Positions 25,212-37,339 of a stretch of 64,000 bases of DNA are shown one piece after another (positions within the stretch are counted from its first letter, which is position 1; each line of letters opens with the position of its first letter). A program made the position numbers and the translations under genes. The notes under the pieces were generated by a model. That model saw only the letters and a list, made by a program, of their open reading frames with translations, searched no databases and was not told the DNA's origin. The DNA is from Eledone cirrhosa. Taxonomy: Eukaryota. Location of the stretch: NCBI GenBank assembly GCA_964016885.1, contig OZ024745.1, positions 54,994,001 to 55,058,000 on the forward strand, written 5' to 3'.

Positions 25212-25232
25212 TAGTTAGATAGATAGATATGG

Positions 25233-25291
<59 letters not shown>

Positions 25292-25371
25292 TGTGTATAT
25301 GTGTATATATGTGTGTGTGTGTGCATTTATTTAGGTAGACACAAACACACACACACACACACACACTCACG

Positions 25372-25410
<39 letters not shown>

Positions 25411-25782
25411 AGTCATGTGTGTGAATATTGTATGCATGTGTGTATGTACTTTTGTAATAAATATTTTCAAAAGCTATCGCGTTCCGCTTCTATTGATCTT
25501 ATATTTTTAATTTTTGATATTTTAGCTTTTATTTCTATTGAAACCAAAATGTTTGGTCCATTAATTAAATATACAACCTTCTTCATAGTACAAACAGAAA
25601 TGCACAGACGTATAAAAGCATATGGAAACTGACATATACACCGTAGATACACACAAAAATTAATAAGAGGATTTGAAATTCAGCAAAGACCTCAAAAGGA
25701 GTTATTCAAATATTAAAGTAAAAAAAGAAAAAAAAAATAGTTTGCGAACGTATATTGAAGTGAGGAAAAATAAACAGTATGA

Positions 25783-25863
<81 letters not shown>

Positions 25864-25890
25864 AGTATGTATGTCTTTGTGTGTGTGTGA

Positions 25891-25926
<36 letters not shown>

Positions 25927-26011
25927 TATACACACACATATATATATATTTATAGTATATATATATATACACACACAACTATACACACACATATATATAT
26001 ATATAATTATA

Positions 26012-26045
<34 letters not shown>

Positions 26046-26254
26046 TGTATACCCCTGTATACATGTTGCAGATACATTTTGGCTCATACAATCATAAATT
26101 CTGTTTATATAAGAACATAGACACACGCGCGCGCGCGCACATACACACGCACAATCACACATATATGTGTGTGTTTGTGTGTGCTTGTGTGCATGTGTAA
26201 TAAAAAATAGCGATAAAGACTTTAAGATGCACATTATATATATACATATGTGTG

Positions 26255-26433
26255 TGTAATAAACAACATAAGATAATTATTTCATTTACCAGTGGTTTCT
26301 TGAAGTGGTCTCTTCAAGAAACCACTGGTAAATGAAATAATTATCTTATGTTGTTTATTACATAACTAAAAAGCACTGTAGCCTACATAGAGCACTCTCC
26401 TTTCCTTTACTCTCTTTCCTACGGAAATACTCC

Positions 26434-26437
<4 letters not shown>
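26255..26437 (+). mobile_element. Penelope-like pLTR fragment with 5' fold-back and 3' half of a hammerhead
   Basis: Palindrome 26255-26362 centred at 26308/26309. The right arm has GAAAC-CACTG-GTA (26318-26330), and the 3' extension ends at (TA)n. Confidence 0.65.
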
Positions 26438-26469
<32 letters not shown>

Positions 26470-26934
26470 AAAGAGATGAAATCGAAAATGCAACTGGATA
26501 TATATATATATATGCATAATTATAGTACTCACCGATCAGATATTAGTCCACATAAAATATATTGTAGTAAGAAAGGTGTATATGCAAAACCTATCCTGGT
26601 TCTGAGATTTGATTTTGCCCTTAAACTAAGCTTAGACTTTTATTGTTTCTAATTATGATGATGTTGTGCAGTTTTAATGTGACCAACACAAGTAAACATA
26701 TATATGAAGCTTCATGATATGACCCATAACCGTTCTCTTCAGTACACATTATATAGCAATGCTCATTCCCATAAAATATTAGCGTGTATTTTGTTTAACC
26801 AAAAGATACGCCATTCCATTTCACATATGAAATCGAGTCTTGAAGCTTTTACAACATTGGATGGCAACAGGCCACTTTACCTCTCAGGGCGATTATTGAC
26901 ATTTTTTTTCCTATAAATATATTGGCTTTGTGTT

Positions 26935-27260
26935 TAATGAAAAAAAAAATAATTGTAACGTGTTTAGTTGTTGTCTTCCTGTTTCTTCTACAATAACTAG
27001 AACGGTACGCGATCCGGCCCACCCACAGCCCCGGTGGACAGAATGGAGAAGGCGTTTCCATGGAGGATGGCAAGGGAGACGTGCTGGAAAAGCCACTCCA
27101 ACTCGCAGGGCTCACACCTGCGGCTGGCCAGCTCAGCGCCTATGGTGGTGAGTAACAAGGTAGCCCTGGTCTCCATTGCCAGGAGTACGACCGCAATGGC
27201 AGCATTGGCCTCCGGTCCCCGATTCACTGGCTTTGCCGGCGTTTCTTTCGTAGGTAACCT
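26935..27260 (-). mobile_element. CRE-like non-LTR element 3' fragment, inverted relative to its neighbour
   Basis: Translates AVVLLAMET..IGAELASRRCEPCELEWLFQHVSLAILHGNAFSIL, paralogous to 27990-28180. Confidence 0.75.
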
Positions 27261-27299
27261 CATGTCTCGTCCTCGTCATCAGGGTTCTCCAAAACACAA

Positions 27300-28242
27300 T
27301 AGAACTCTCTGTATTCAGGGAACGTGGTGAGGCTGCCTGTGAGACGTGAGACCGGCTGGGACTAGCCCAGTAGACGTCCCTCCTCCTTCTCCCTCTGCTG
27401 AAGTCAAGTCTCTCCAAAGCATTTGGGATGCCATCCAGTGCAGCCTGGCTTCAGACAAGCTCACGCGCCAGCTCGACCAGCAGCGCCTTGCCTGTTTTCG
27501 TGCGGCCTTCAAACCCCACAGTCGTGCCTGGCTCGATGTCTTTCCCTCCTTCTCCATTGGCACGCAGCTAGATAACAATAGCCTGCGCATCAGCGTTTCT
27601 TTGCGGCTCGGCTACTGGATCTGCGAGCCACACCAATGTCGCTGTGGATCCACTGTGGACTCTCTCGGCATCCACCCGCTTTCCTGTCTCCACAATGCCG
27701 GACGCCTTCCACGCCATGCTTTCCTCAACGAGGACATAAAACATGGCCTGGGCGCTGCAGGATTCCCTTCCCAGCTCAAGCTGGTGGAGCTGGACTGAGG
27801 GGACGGCAAAAGGCCAGATGGTGTGACCATCTTCCCGTTCCGCGGTGGCAAACCCCTCATCTGGGATGCCATTTGCACCGACACTTTCTGCAGCTGCAAC
27901 CTGGTGGAGTCTGCGACTAACCAAGGTTCTGCTGTACGTCGGGCTGAGGAGGCCAATCTCTTCAAATACCGGTCGCTCTGCGACAGGTTTGCGGTTGTAC
28001 GCTTGGCAGTGGAGACTTCTGGTGTCCTAGGTCCTAGGGCTACCTCCCTACTCCACAACATAGGCGCTGAGCTGGCCAGCCGCAGGTGTGAGCGACGCGA
28101 GCTGGAGTGGCTTTTTCATCGCGTCTCCCTTGCCGTCCTCCGGGGAAACGCCTTCTCTATTCTGCCCGCCGGGGCTGTGAGGAGGCCACCAATATGATTG
28201 ACTGAATAGCAAATTCTTCCTTAATTACAGTTTTTTTCATTG
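27300..28242 (+). pseudogene. CRE-clade retrotransposon C-terminus (zinc finger plus restriction-like endonuclease), 5'-truncated
   Basis: AWLDVFP, SLRLG, CRCG...HPLSC...RH, GKRPDG...IWD, KY, AVETSG.LG and RVSLAVLRGNA. One in-frame stop at ~27796. Confidence 0.8.
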
Positions 28243-30299
28243 CACCAAATAAATACTGCCCTGTAATCTCGCCACCAATTGTTTCTTTTCTTTTACTTTA
28301 GCTTTTATGACGTTTGGAATCGGTCTTAGGTCGGGGTATATGTAGGGACTCGTTTCTTCTGTGACACAGTTTAAACCATCGTAGATTTTCTTGTATGTGT
28401 GCCACCTAATTATCTGTCTAACTCCTTTGTGAATGTGCAGCATTTCACTCCATACACAAACACACATTGGACTGTTGATCGAAAGAACTAAACCTTTACT
28501 TTGGAGTTCAAGTTTCATTTGCAAAGGACTTCTATTTTGCTTGAAAACTTCTAGGCTAATTTCATTTTTGTTTATTTCTCTGAAGTTTTGACCCACGAGT
28601 CAAGATAATTATAATCCTCAACTCTTTTTAGGTAATTTCCAAATTGAGACAAAATATCACAGTTATTCTGGTTGCATGCAATATATTCTGCCTTCTTCTT
28701 ATTTCTGTGAATTTCAATCATTTTCGTTGGAATGAAGCTCTATTTTTCCTGATGTATTAACTTTTAAGACACATTATTTCGATTATGTGAAGCTGTATGT
28801 ACCCGACAGCAACAGAAGTAATGAAAATATTTACAACCAGGCATGAAATAAAAACAAATGTAGGATAAAGATAGATTAAAGTCATACAGTGTGAAATTCT
28901 ATGAGTGTCATAGATTTTCTGCAGCCTGTATTTCTGGAAGTAAAATATGTTGGTGTATGTAAATTAAAGGTACGTTTGATCAATGTAACTACCTTTAAAT
29001 GAATATTTATTATGCTTTTCGTATATATTCTGTGTATCGGTATTCATTTCTAAATAATTGAGAAATAATTGATGCTTTTAGCGAGGAATATATGTTGGTC
29101 TAAATCTGAAGTTATCAGATGTGATAACAAAATAGATTACTACAATTCATTTAAACGCCAAAACCTGATGCTTGTGGAAATTTGTTGCTTTTGTTAATAT
29201 TAATTTGTAGTACTTGAGCAATGTTATTCTGGACAAAGAGTGCACTTAGTGAGTTTGTGCCACATGTTTTTCGACTCTCAATGGAATATAATTGTACTAA
29301 ATTATAATAATGTTTCCTTTAAGCGTGAATATTAGAAAATAGAGATGACCATCATAATGTTCACTTGCGTTGTACGCAATCAAAATGAATACGGTTTAGT
29401 ATAGAAATTTAAAATAGTTACATATCAATATTTTTGTAATAAAGCAATTTTAATCTCTTACGTTTATACAATCATTTGTTTCTAATTAGCAAACATAATC
29501 AGTCTATATTTATTGAAAAAAAAACATTATTGAAGAAAATATGAAAAGAATAATAATCATGTCGCATTACACCAGCGTTCTTCATACTGTATTACATCGT
29601 ATGATGTAACATAAACCATATATTCCTTTGGGCTCCACCTTTCATTATTTCATGCATGTCAGGTGGAATAACGTAAAGTTGGTGTAAATATAAAAGCACA
29701 TTAAATCGACATATGAGATTTTTTACCGACTTTCATCTATCGCTATGGGGAATGCACTGCACAAATCAATACACCTACATATCACACTGCGAAAACAATT
29801 GATCAACTATAGAAACAGAAAATCCCTGCTAAGTATACATTTTCGAGAAATCTCGTGGGTGTTATTATCTGTGATACCATCATATAAATGGAAGCGTTGA
29901 GTCCTCACAACCCTTTGAGATACAACTGAAATGTACAACGAAGGGTAATTAATTTTATAGAGGTATTGGCTTTCCAAGGTATACGTGTGAGAGCAGTGGA
30001 AAATATTAGTGTACGATCCAAATAGACAGATCGATATTATATATTCCACTTGGGAACAGTTGTTAGCTGTACTACAGTGTAATTCCGATTTGCCGTTAGA
30101 ATATATTCGCTTTAAGCGTTGACATCAACACGGACACGGGATATAAATGAACACATACTGTTATTTTATAGACTCTGTCAGCTGCAATAATATATTTCAT
30201 ACATCATAAGGAAACCTCCGTAAAAACATGCACTCTATGTGAATTGTTTCTTATACGTATATTAAGTTACCTACATGCTATTTAGGTATACCCCACGCT

Positions 30300-30594
30300 T
30301 AAAATTTATTAGACGTATTACAATCGTTTCTCTGGCGACCAGCTCGAGACGCGGTCATGGAATGATCGAACCTGACTTTGAAATCAGGTTCGATCCGATT
30401 TCAGAGTCAGGTTCGATCATGGCATCGATCGTGCCTCGAGCTGGTCGCCAGAGAAACGATTGTAATACGTCTAATAAATTTTATTCGTCGCACCACTGAT
30501 TCTCCGTTTCTTATGTGATATTATACTCTGCTCTGCGAGAGCATCGAGGGTTCAAACGGCCTACCACATGCGGACGCTTTAAGCCTCCCACACC

Positions 30595-30597
<3 letters not shown>
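30300..30597 (+). mobile_element. Penelope-like pLTR fragment with 5' fold-back and 3' half of a hammerhead
   Basis: Perfect 49-bp arms at 30300-30348 and 30435-30483 surround an imperfect inner hairpin. GAAAC...GTC at 30453-30471 is followed by AATAAA. Ends at (TA)n. Confidence 0.7.
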
Positions 30598-30654
<57 letters not shown>

Positions 30655-30658
<4 letters not shown>

Positions 30659-30798
30659 CAAAGAAAGTGTGGTAAGAAAATAGGTGGACCATAACGCACC
30701 AGAGTACTCGATACTTAGGGTAGTAGAGTGGGTAAGGTAATAAAAAAAGAGGCAGGACCCCGACGGCTGAGTTCCAGCCGTTTCGACAGCTAGATCCG

Positions 30799-30801
<3 letters not shown>
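30655..30801 (-). mobile_element. pLTR fragment of the 2498-2696 family, 5'-truncated in hammerhead stem II
   Basis: Colinear similarity with 2498-2630. Minus strand reads GCTGTC-GAAAC-GGCTG..CAGCC-GTC-GGGGTCC. Both flanks are (TA)n. Confidence 0.7.
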
Positions 30802-30894
<93 letters not shown>

Positions 30895-30905
30895 CGTTTC
30901 TGAAT

Positions 30906-31457
30906 TTGTTTAGCAAGATTCTTTATCTGAAAACGTGTGTTGGAACCGATGAATTAGCTTACAAATTTAGAAGGGCCCTAGATAAACATAAATTCAATAT
31001 TAAGATAGTAGAAATACCAGGTACCTCCATAAAAACATTTATTAGCAATACATACCATTTTCAAAGACCTCCCTGTATAGATAAAAAATGTATAATCTGT
31101 AAATTAAGCCCCCATATTAACTGTAAAACTAGAAATGTAGTATATAGCATAAGATGTACTGAAGGACAATGTGGAGATAAGAATATAGTGTACTTAGGTG
31201 AGGCAGCTCGTAGTATAGGGGAACGGATAAATGAACACTGGCGAGAGCTTCAAGATAGTAAAGAATCATATGTACTCCACCAACTTGCTAAAATAGAACA
31301 TAAGGGTAAATTAGAGAACATAGAAATAAAAATAGAATCTACACACCGAAAAGACGCAATGTTTAGACAAATCACAGAGGCAATAAACATAAATGAACTC
31401 CAACCAAAATTAAATAGAAAACATGAATGGAACAGCAACATCACAACTTACAATTAA
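30906..31457 (+). pseudogene. Penelope-like element C-terminal GIY-YIG endonuclease with Cys-rich linker, 5'-truncated
   Basis: PPC..KKC.IC...NCKTRNVVYSIRC...C...VYLGE..RSIGERINEH...RQITEA..I...P.LN. The frame is open, and it starts right after (TA)n. Confidence 0.85.
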
Positions 31458-31656
31458 GGACAAAATGAAAACACACACACACATAGAACAAACAACCAAC
31501 CAGTAACATGTAAACAAACAAATATATAAACAAATATAAACACACACAGACACCCGGATGTAACACATGCGCAATCTAAGCACACAACACACACAAAAAC
31601 AAGATGGCGTAGGACAGAACAAAGGAAAGGCACAAAAACAAAAACAAGAATCCCCA

Positions 31657-31699
31657 GTCACTGAAGAGGTCACAGAATGTGTGACGACAGAACTTTGAC
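31657..31699 (+). ncRNA. Degenerate type I hammerhead in the 3' region of the Penelope-like fragment
   Basis: GTCA-CTGAAGA-gGTCACA-gaatg-TGTGAC-GACA-gaactt-TGAC, with GAAA changed to GACA. Confidence 0.55.
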
Positions 31700-32109
31700 A
31701 ATATATGGACAATCGTCTGGTTGTGGAACCAACCAACAGGAAATTTATAAATTCCTAAATTTATAAATTTAATTTATAATAAATTGAAGTGAACGCATCT
31801 GGTGCGTGTGTTTCTTATTGGTAACATGACACTCCCAAAGTATAACAATATATATATATATATATAACACTCTTAGGTGCTAGTATCATGTAACTCAATA
31901 CAAAATTTCACATAGTCAGTTCGTCGGTAACTAAAACTGGCAACCCCACCAAGTTAGCTTCGTGAGGAGGGTGAGTTTGGATACTCTGTAGAAAGACAAA
32001 TGAAACGCGACGAAAATGAGGTATTCAGGTGTATCAACGTTTATCCATTAGTGTGTACATAAGAATATATAGTGTCTGTGTGTAAATATCTTCTTCTTCT
32101 TCTTCTTCT

Positions 32110-32600
32110 TCTTCTTCTTCTTCTTCTTCTTCTCTCTGTGGTGTTGACAAATTAGAGATTATAGTTACTTTTTCTTTCTCTTTTCTGGTGCATGTCTGCA
32201 CCGCACATTTTCTGTTGGTGTTTCTTAGGTTTGGCATATCTTTCAGTGTATGAAAATCCCAGCTATCACATGTCTTCGAACGTATTCTGTTTTTGGCTAA
32301 GACTAGGCAGCTAGAGACAATGGGGATAATTCGTTCTGCTCCATCATATGTATTAGTTACATAATGATTTCTGTTTCCTTATGAATTTGGGGTGGTTTCC
32401 GTTGGGGCAGGTGTGAACTCTTGCTGGAATTAGAAAATCGTCTGTCAGTTTTTAGTCCAGTGTGTCTTAACCAGTTTTGTGAATTTTATTTGTCCACTTT
32501 CCCCCAAGTTAGTTCGTTCGAGTAAACACCTCTTAACATTTTTTCTAGCTACTATTTCTTTATCTGGCCAACTTCGTCCTATGTAATATTTCGTTAGCAT
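32110..32600 (-). pseudogene. Old R4/Dong-like retrotransposon relic
   Basis: Broken translation ERIIPIVSSCLVLAK and WDFHT resembles the zinc finger/RLE region of R4-clade elements. Confidence 0.45.
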
Positions 32601-32676
32601 ACACCTCAACATAATTCAGAATTGTAATATTATATTTGCTGTTGCTGCTGAATTCATTTATGCTTTATTATTTATA

Positions 32677-32857
32677 ATTGTTTCTACTTTAGGTACAAGG
32701 CCAGCAATTACCCAGTGCATTACTGGTACTTTATTTTATCGACCCCGTAAGGATGAAAGGCAAAGTCAACCTCGGCGGGATTTGAACTCAGATCGTAAAG
32801 GGACGTAACTATGCTGGAAAGCATGGCGTCCGATCCTCTACCGATACTGCCAATCCA
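32677..32857 (-). mobile_element. tRNA-derived SINE (dominant family in this window)
   Basis: A box TGGCAGTATCGG, B box GAGTTCAAATCC, core GCCTTTCATCCTTACGGGGTCGATAAAAT, tail GTAGAAACAATT. Many copies in the window. Confidence 0.85.
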
Positions 32858-33414
32858 AATAATGAAACCTTTTTTGTTTTGGAGTCAATCTAATGTGTTA
32901 CAAGATTGATGTCACTTTTAAAACATTGGATTCTTTCCGATTTAGCAGCAAAGTACTATTCTAGGCGTTCTTTGATTTAGGAAATTTTTTTTCTTTATTT
33001 TTTTCGTTCTTTTGTTAGTGTTTGTCTCTCATTATATTTCATTATTGTCGGAATCTTGCATATAGCGAGATATACTTTGATAAACAATGTATATATTTCC
33101 TGCATTATGACAAAACAATAACGCTAAAAAATATTTCATTATGCCATGATGTATTGAGAAGTGACAGAAACTCCAGTTTAAACAATGAAGACATAGTTCA
33201 TTGGAAGTATATATTCAGAATAATAATTGTTGATAGACAATGACATTTGTATTTTAAAAAAGAAAACACAAAACATAGCAAAAATTTAGTATAATACCAA
33301 TTATTTCGTAGGGAATAATAACGATGATGAAGCAAAATAAGCAAAAAATCAAAAAGAATAATATGACAGCTTGACGAAATACACATATTATAACCACTCT
33401 ACACCATAACAACC

Positions 33415-33488
<74 letters not shown>

Positions 33489-33503
33489 TAATAATAATAA
33501 TAA
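33415..33503. repeat. (AAT)n microsatellite
   Basis: Read directly from the sequence. Confidence 0.95.
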
Positions 33504-33700
33504 GCCTGCCCATTCGACACGAGAGTGCAAGAGAAGGAGAGGGAGAATATTAACCGATACCAGGACTTAAAGTGGGAGGTAAAAAGGATTTGGAACTGCC
33601 ATGAGGTCAAAGTGGTCCCGATTGTCATAGGCGCACTAGGTACTATCTCAAAGAGTTTCCATTTAACTTTCCATTTAACTAACATCAATGACTGAGACTC
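33504..33700 (+). mobile_element. R4/Dong-clade retrotransposon 3' fragment
   Basis: ACPFDTRVQEKE.ENINRYQDLKWEVKRIWNC..VKVVPIVIGALGTI, then a deletion into the 3' UTR. Begins immediately after (TAA)n. Confidence 0.8.
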
Positions 33701-34220
33701 ATTATTATTATTATTGTTCTTTGAGTCTCAGTCATTGATGTTAGTTAAATGGAAAGTTTGTTGAAATGAATATCAAGCCGCTACCTGCAGCCTCAGATAT
33801 TCAGAACGTATCGGAGGGTACTTGCTGTTCCCAGCAAGCATGCCTTTTGAAGTGTTCCAAATAGCGGGGCTGGACTAAATTTCTTTAACCATCCTTGGAA
33901 ACTCTTTGAGATAGTACCTAGTGCGCCTATGACAATCGGGACGACCTTGACTTCATGGCAGTTACAAAACCTTTTAACCTCCCACTTTAAGTCCTGGCAT
34001 CGGTTAATTTTCCAAAACCACCAGGTCAGGCCTAGTGTGTTCTATTTTCCTGTCCGTCTGTATGCTAAAATCCCACAGCACCTTCACCTGATCGTTTTTC
34101 ATCACCGACTCTGGCTTATGCTCATACCACTTCACAGAATGTGGTAAATTGCTTACTTTACATAGGTGCCAGTGGATCACCCTGCCTGTCACATCATGTC
34201 TCCAGCCTTTATAGTGAGTC
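33701..34220 (-). mobile_element. R4/Dong-clade retrotransposon 3' fragment, tail-to-tail with the previous copy
   Basis: IHWHLC, WYEHKPESV, LWDFSIQTDRKIEHTRPDLVV and LQKACLLGTA. The 3' end is followed by (AAT)5. Confidence 0.82.
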
Positions 34221-34257
34221 TAATAATAATAATTATTATAATAATTATTATTATTAT

Positions 34258-35077
34258 TCGACGAAAATCAACTAGCCAATCTCTTCGGAAGAACTTTCGG
34301 GCCGGGGCCTATGGACAACTTCCGGAAATCCCTAGCCTGGCAGTGCTTCGGAGGACCTTTGCCAGTTCGGGATAAACTCTACAGGCATGGAGGTGCCGTC
34401 AGCCGGGCATGTCGGAGATGCGCGCAGGGCGACGAAACCATCCCGCACGTACTCGTCCAGTGTCCGAGCATTGCTTACTTGATGATTTATGTCGAACACC
34501 TGCTGTCGCATGTAGGACGGATCTAGCTATCAGCTGAGTCCATCTCGAGGATTGCCCCGCCCTCTTTCTTTAGTTGGGAAGGGCAGGCAGTTTTTATCTG
34601 TCTGGTGGCCATGGCGAAAGAGATAGTATGGTGGACACGTTTGAAAGGGCTGAAGACGAGCACTTACCTCTTCGGTGATGCCCTGATTAACTTTTTCAAA
34701 TTTTATTTGAAAAGGAAAATCAGGGTAGAGAGGGAAGTGCTCTCTTCCCAGCATTTTGTTGAAAGATGAGTGAGAGAGGCAACAATGGCCCGAGTGAATG
34801 GGCCTACTCTGAGTATATATCTGTAAATTAAAGGTGGAAAACTGGGAGAGGGCACTTGCCCTGGTGGTCAGGGTCACTGTGGATTTTTAATGGGCTTTCT
34901 CCACGAATGTCCCTCGGAAGTCTCCCAGTATTGGGGAATTTTTCATTGTTATTTTTTTGTTACATTCCCTGTTTCTGTTTTTTACACGCAGAAATGCCCA
35001 TTTGTACCGTCCTGTATTGTCCTGTACTGTCATTAATGTCTACTTTATATAAACCCTTGGTGGTTAATAAAGAAAGT
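34258..35077 (+). mobile_element. 5'-truncated Tx1 copy C, same 3' type as copy A
   Basis: Colinear with the reverse complement of ~12647-13444, including the 3' UTR. Junctions are (ATT)n|TCGACG at the 5' end and AATAAAGAAAGT|(ATT)n at the 3' end. Confidence 0.9.
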
Positions 35078-35110
35078 ATTATTATAATTATTATTATTAT
35101 TATTATTATT

Positions 35111-35465
35111 ATTTCTACTTTTGGAACAAGGCCAGCAATTATCCCAGTACATTAATGCTGCTTCATTAAATCTTCCGCATAAGGATGTTTACATCGGCGG
35201 AATTTGAACTTAGATTGTAAAGGGTCGTAACTGTGCTGCAAAGCATGCCGTCCGACCCTCTACCGATACCACCAAATGATTTCTACTATAGGAACAAGGA
35301 CATCAATTTGTGGGAGGGGAAAGTCGATTAAATCGACACCAATGCAGCACGGGTACTTTATTTTTTCGACCCCTTAAGGATGGAGGGCAAAGCTAATCTC
35401 CACGTGATTTGAACTCAGAACGTAAAGGGCCGTAATTCTATACGGCAAAGCATATCGTCCGATGT
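35111..35465 (-). mobile_element. Two adjacent tRNA-derived SINE copies
   Basis: 35111-35273 and 35278-35465 align to 32677-32857. Confidence 0.8.
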
Positions 35466-36063
35466 AACAAAGTTAACCTATATGGGATTTGAACTAAGGG
35501 AGCATAGTGCAGAGACGAATACGGCAAGTATTCTCTCGTTATTCTTCTGTTATTTTGCATTAATAGATTACAGTAATAAAAATTATAATTAAATATGCTC
35601 ATAAGTATGAATTTCTAGGCAAAAGAGGCACGCTATGCTTACATTTTTCACCAAGAATTAACAATATTTATTCTACGAAATTAATACAAACAAACTTATG
35701 ATTTTAATATACTTTTCAGTGAGAATTTGATAATATTTATGGATAACACGATTCTCAACATTATAACCAGCACAGTAATATTATCCTTTGTCTTGATATG
35801 ACTAAAACTATGAGTGGGTATGTATGAATGTATGTATGTATATATTTCGACATCTCTCTGTATGTATATTTTCTTTCTGTTGCCACGCTATATTGTTCTT
35901 TCTTTCATTACTCTTGTTCTCTTTTATGTAAACAAAACAACTTAATTCTTCCAATGTCTAGAAATTACAAAGATTATGAGAAAAAATATACATACATACA
36001 TACACACACACATATATGTATATATAAATACACACACACATACACACACACACACACATACAT

Positions 36064-36143
<80 letters not shown>

Positions 36144-36727
36144 CCTAATTGTTTCAGTCTGGCATTCATAGGAAATATGATTTAATTACAAAGAGCGGAG
36201 TATACGTGAATCGTGCAAGCAGAATATAATAGTGAGTTGTGTTAGATCAACATTGACATTAAAAACAAATATTTTAGAAATGCGACAATCATAAAATAAT
36301 GATAACAACACCATTGTTTCAAACACTGTCACTTGAGAAATTCTTTATAGATCTACTGGTGATTTTCTTAATATTATATGATTCGCAAAACACAAAATAT
36401 GCTTGATGAAATTATGTAGGAAAACTTGTTATCTGTTTCTCTTAGTAAAGCTATCGATTAGCGTGTCGAAATCTAAGGCAGTTCTAACAGCAACGTATTA
36501 TTGAAGAATAAGAAATAGAGAAGGAGAGAGGGAGAGAGAGAGGGAGAGAGAGAGGGAGAGATAGAAAGGAAGAAAGAAACAGAGAAAGAAAAAAGAGAGA
36601 GAACAATTCTATAATGAGTGAAGGAAAAAATAATTCTAACGGAATATATTACAGATATATAGTTATCAAAATGGTATCTGCGACTCATGTAAAACACACA
36701 CATAAATATATATTTATATATATATAG

Positions 36728-36833
<106 letters not shown>

Positions 36834-37339
36834 GTATGTATATATATATATATATGAATCTATAAAATAATTCTTTCCGCCTGACATTCATATAAAATAT
36901 AATTTAATTACAAAGATTGGCGTATGGTGCACGGGGGATATTTGTTTTGGCAGTTTTGCGTTTTGCCTTCTGGTTGTACCACTTGTTTTTGTTGGTGTTA
37001 GGGTAGAAGACATAAAAACAATGACCTAACCCTAATGCCAATACATCAAATAACCCCAGCTGACTATAAAACCATGAGACTCAATTGTGCCAAATTACAT
37101 TGAATTTATTTTTTTCTACAATTTTTTTATAGAATCCTTAAATTTCATCTCTATTTCTCTACCCTTCCTCTTATTCCTTCCACCTTCGTTGCTCTCCTTT
37201 CTCTTCTCTTCAACTCCCTTCCTGTACCCACCCCCGTTGATTAGGGACCTTCAAATAGAAATTTACAATTCTTAGTCAATGTGTTACCTACTCCCGTTCC
37301 TAATCCTCTCTATCTAGACCCCAGCTATACATGTATATT

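Noticed and set aside
27240-27290. Minus-strand CTGATGA...GAAA between the CRE fragments as a hammerhead
   Set aside because: Stem II pairs poorly, and no stem I or stem III can be formed.
28237-28596. 119-aa minus-strand ORF
   Set aside because: It has a non-ATG start and no motif I can recognise; possibly TE debris, but unassignable.
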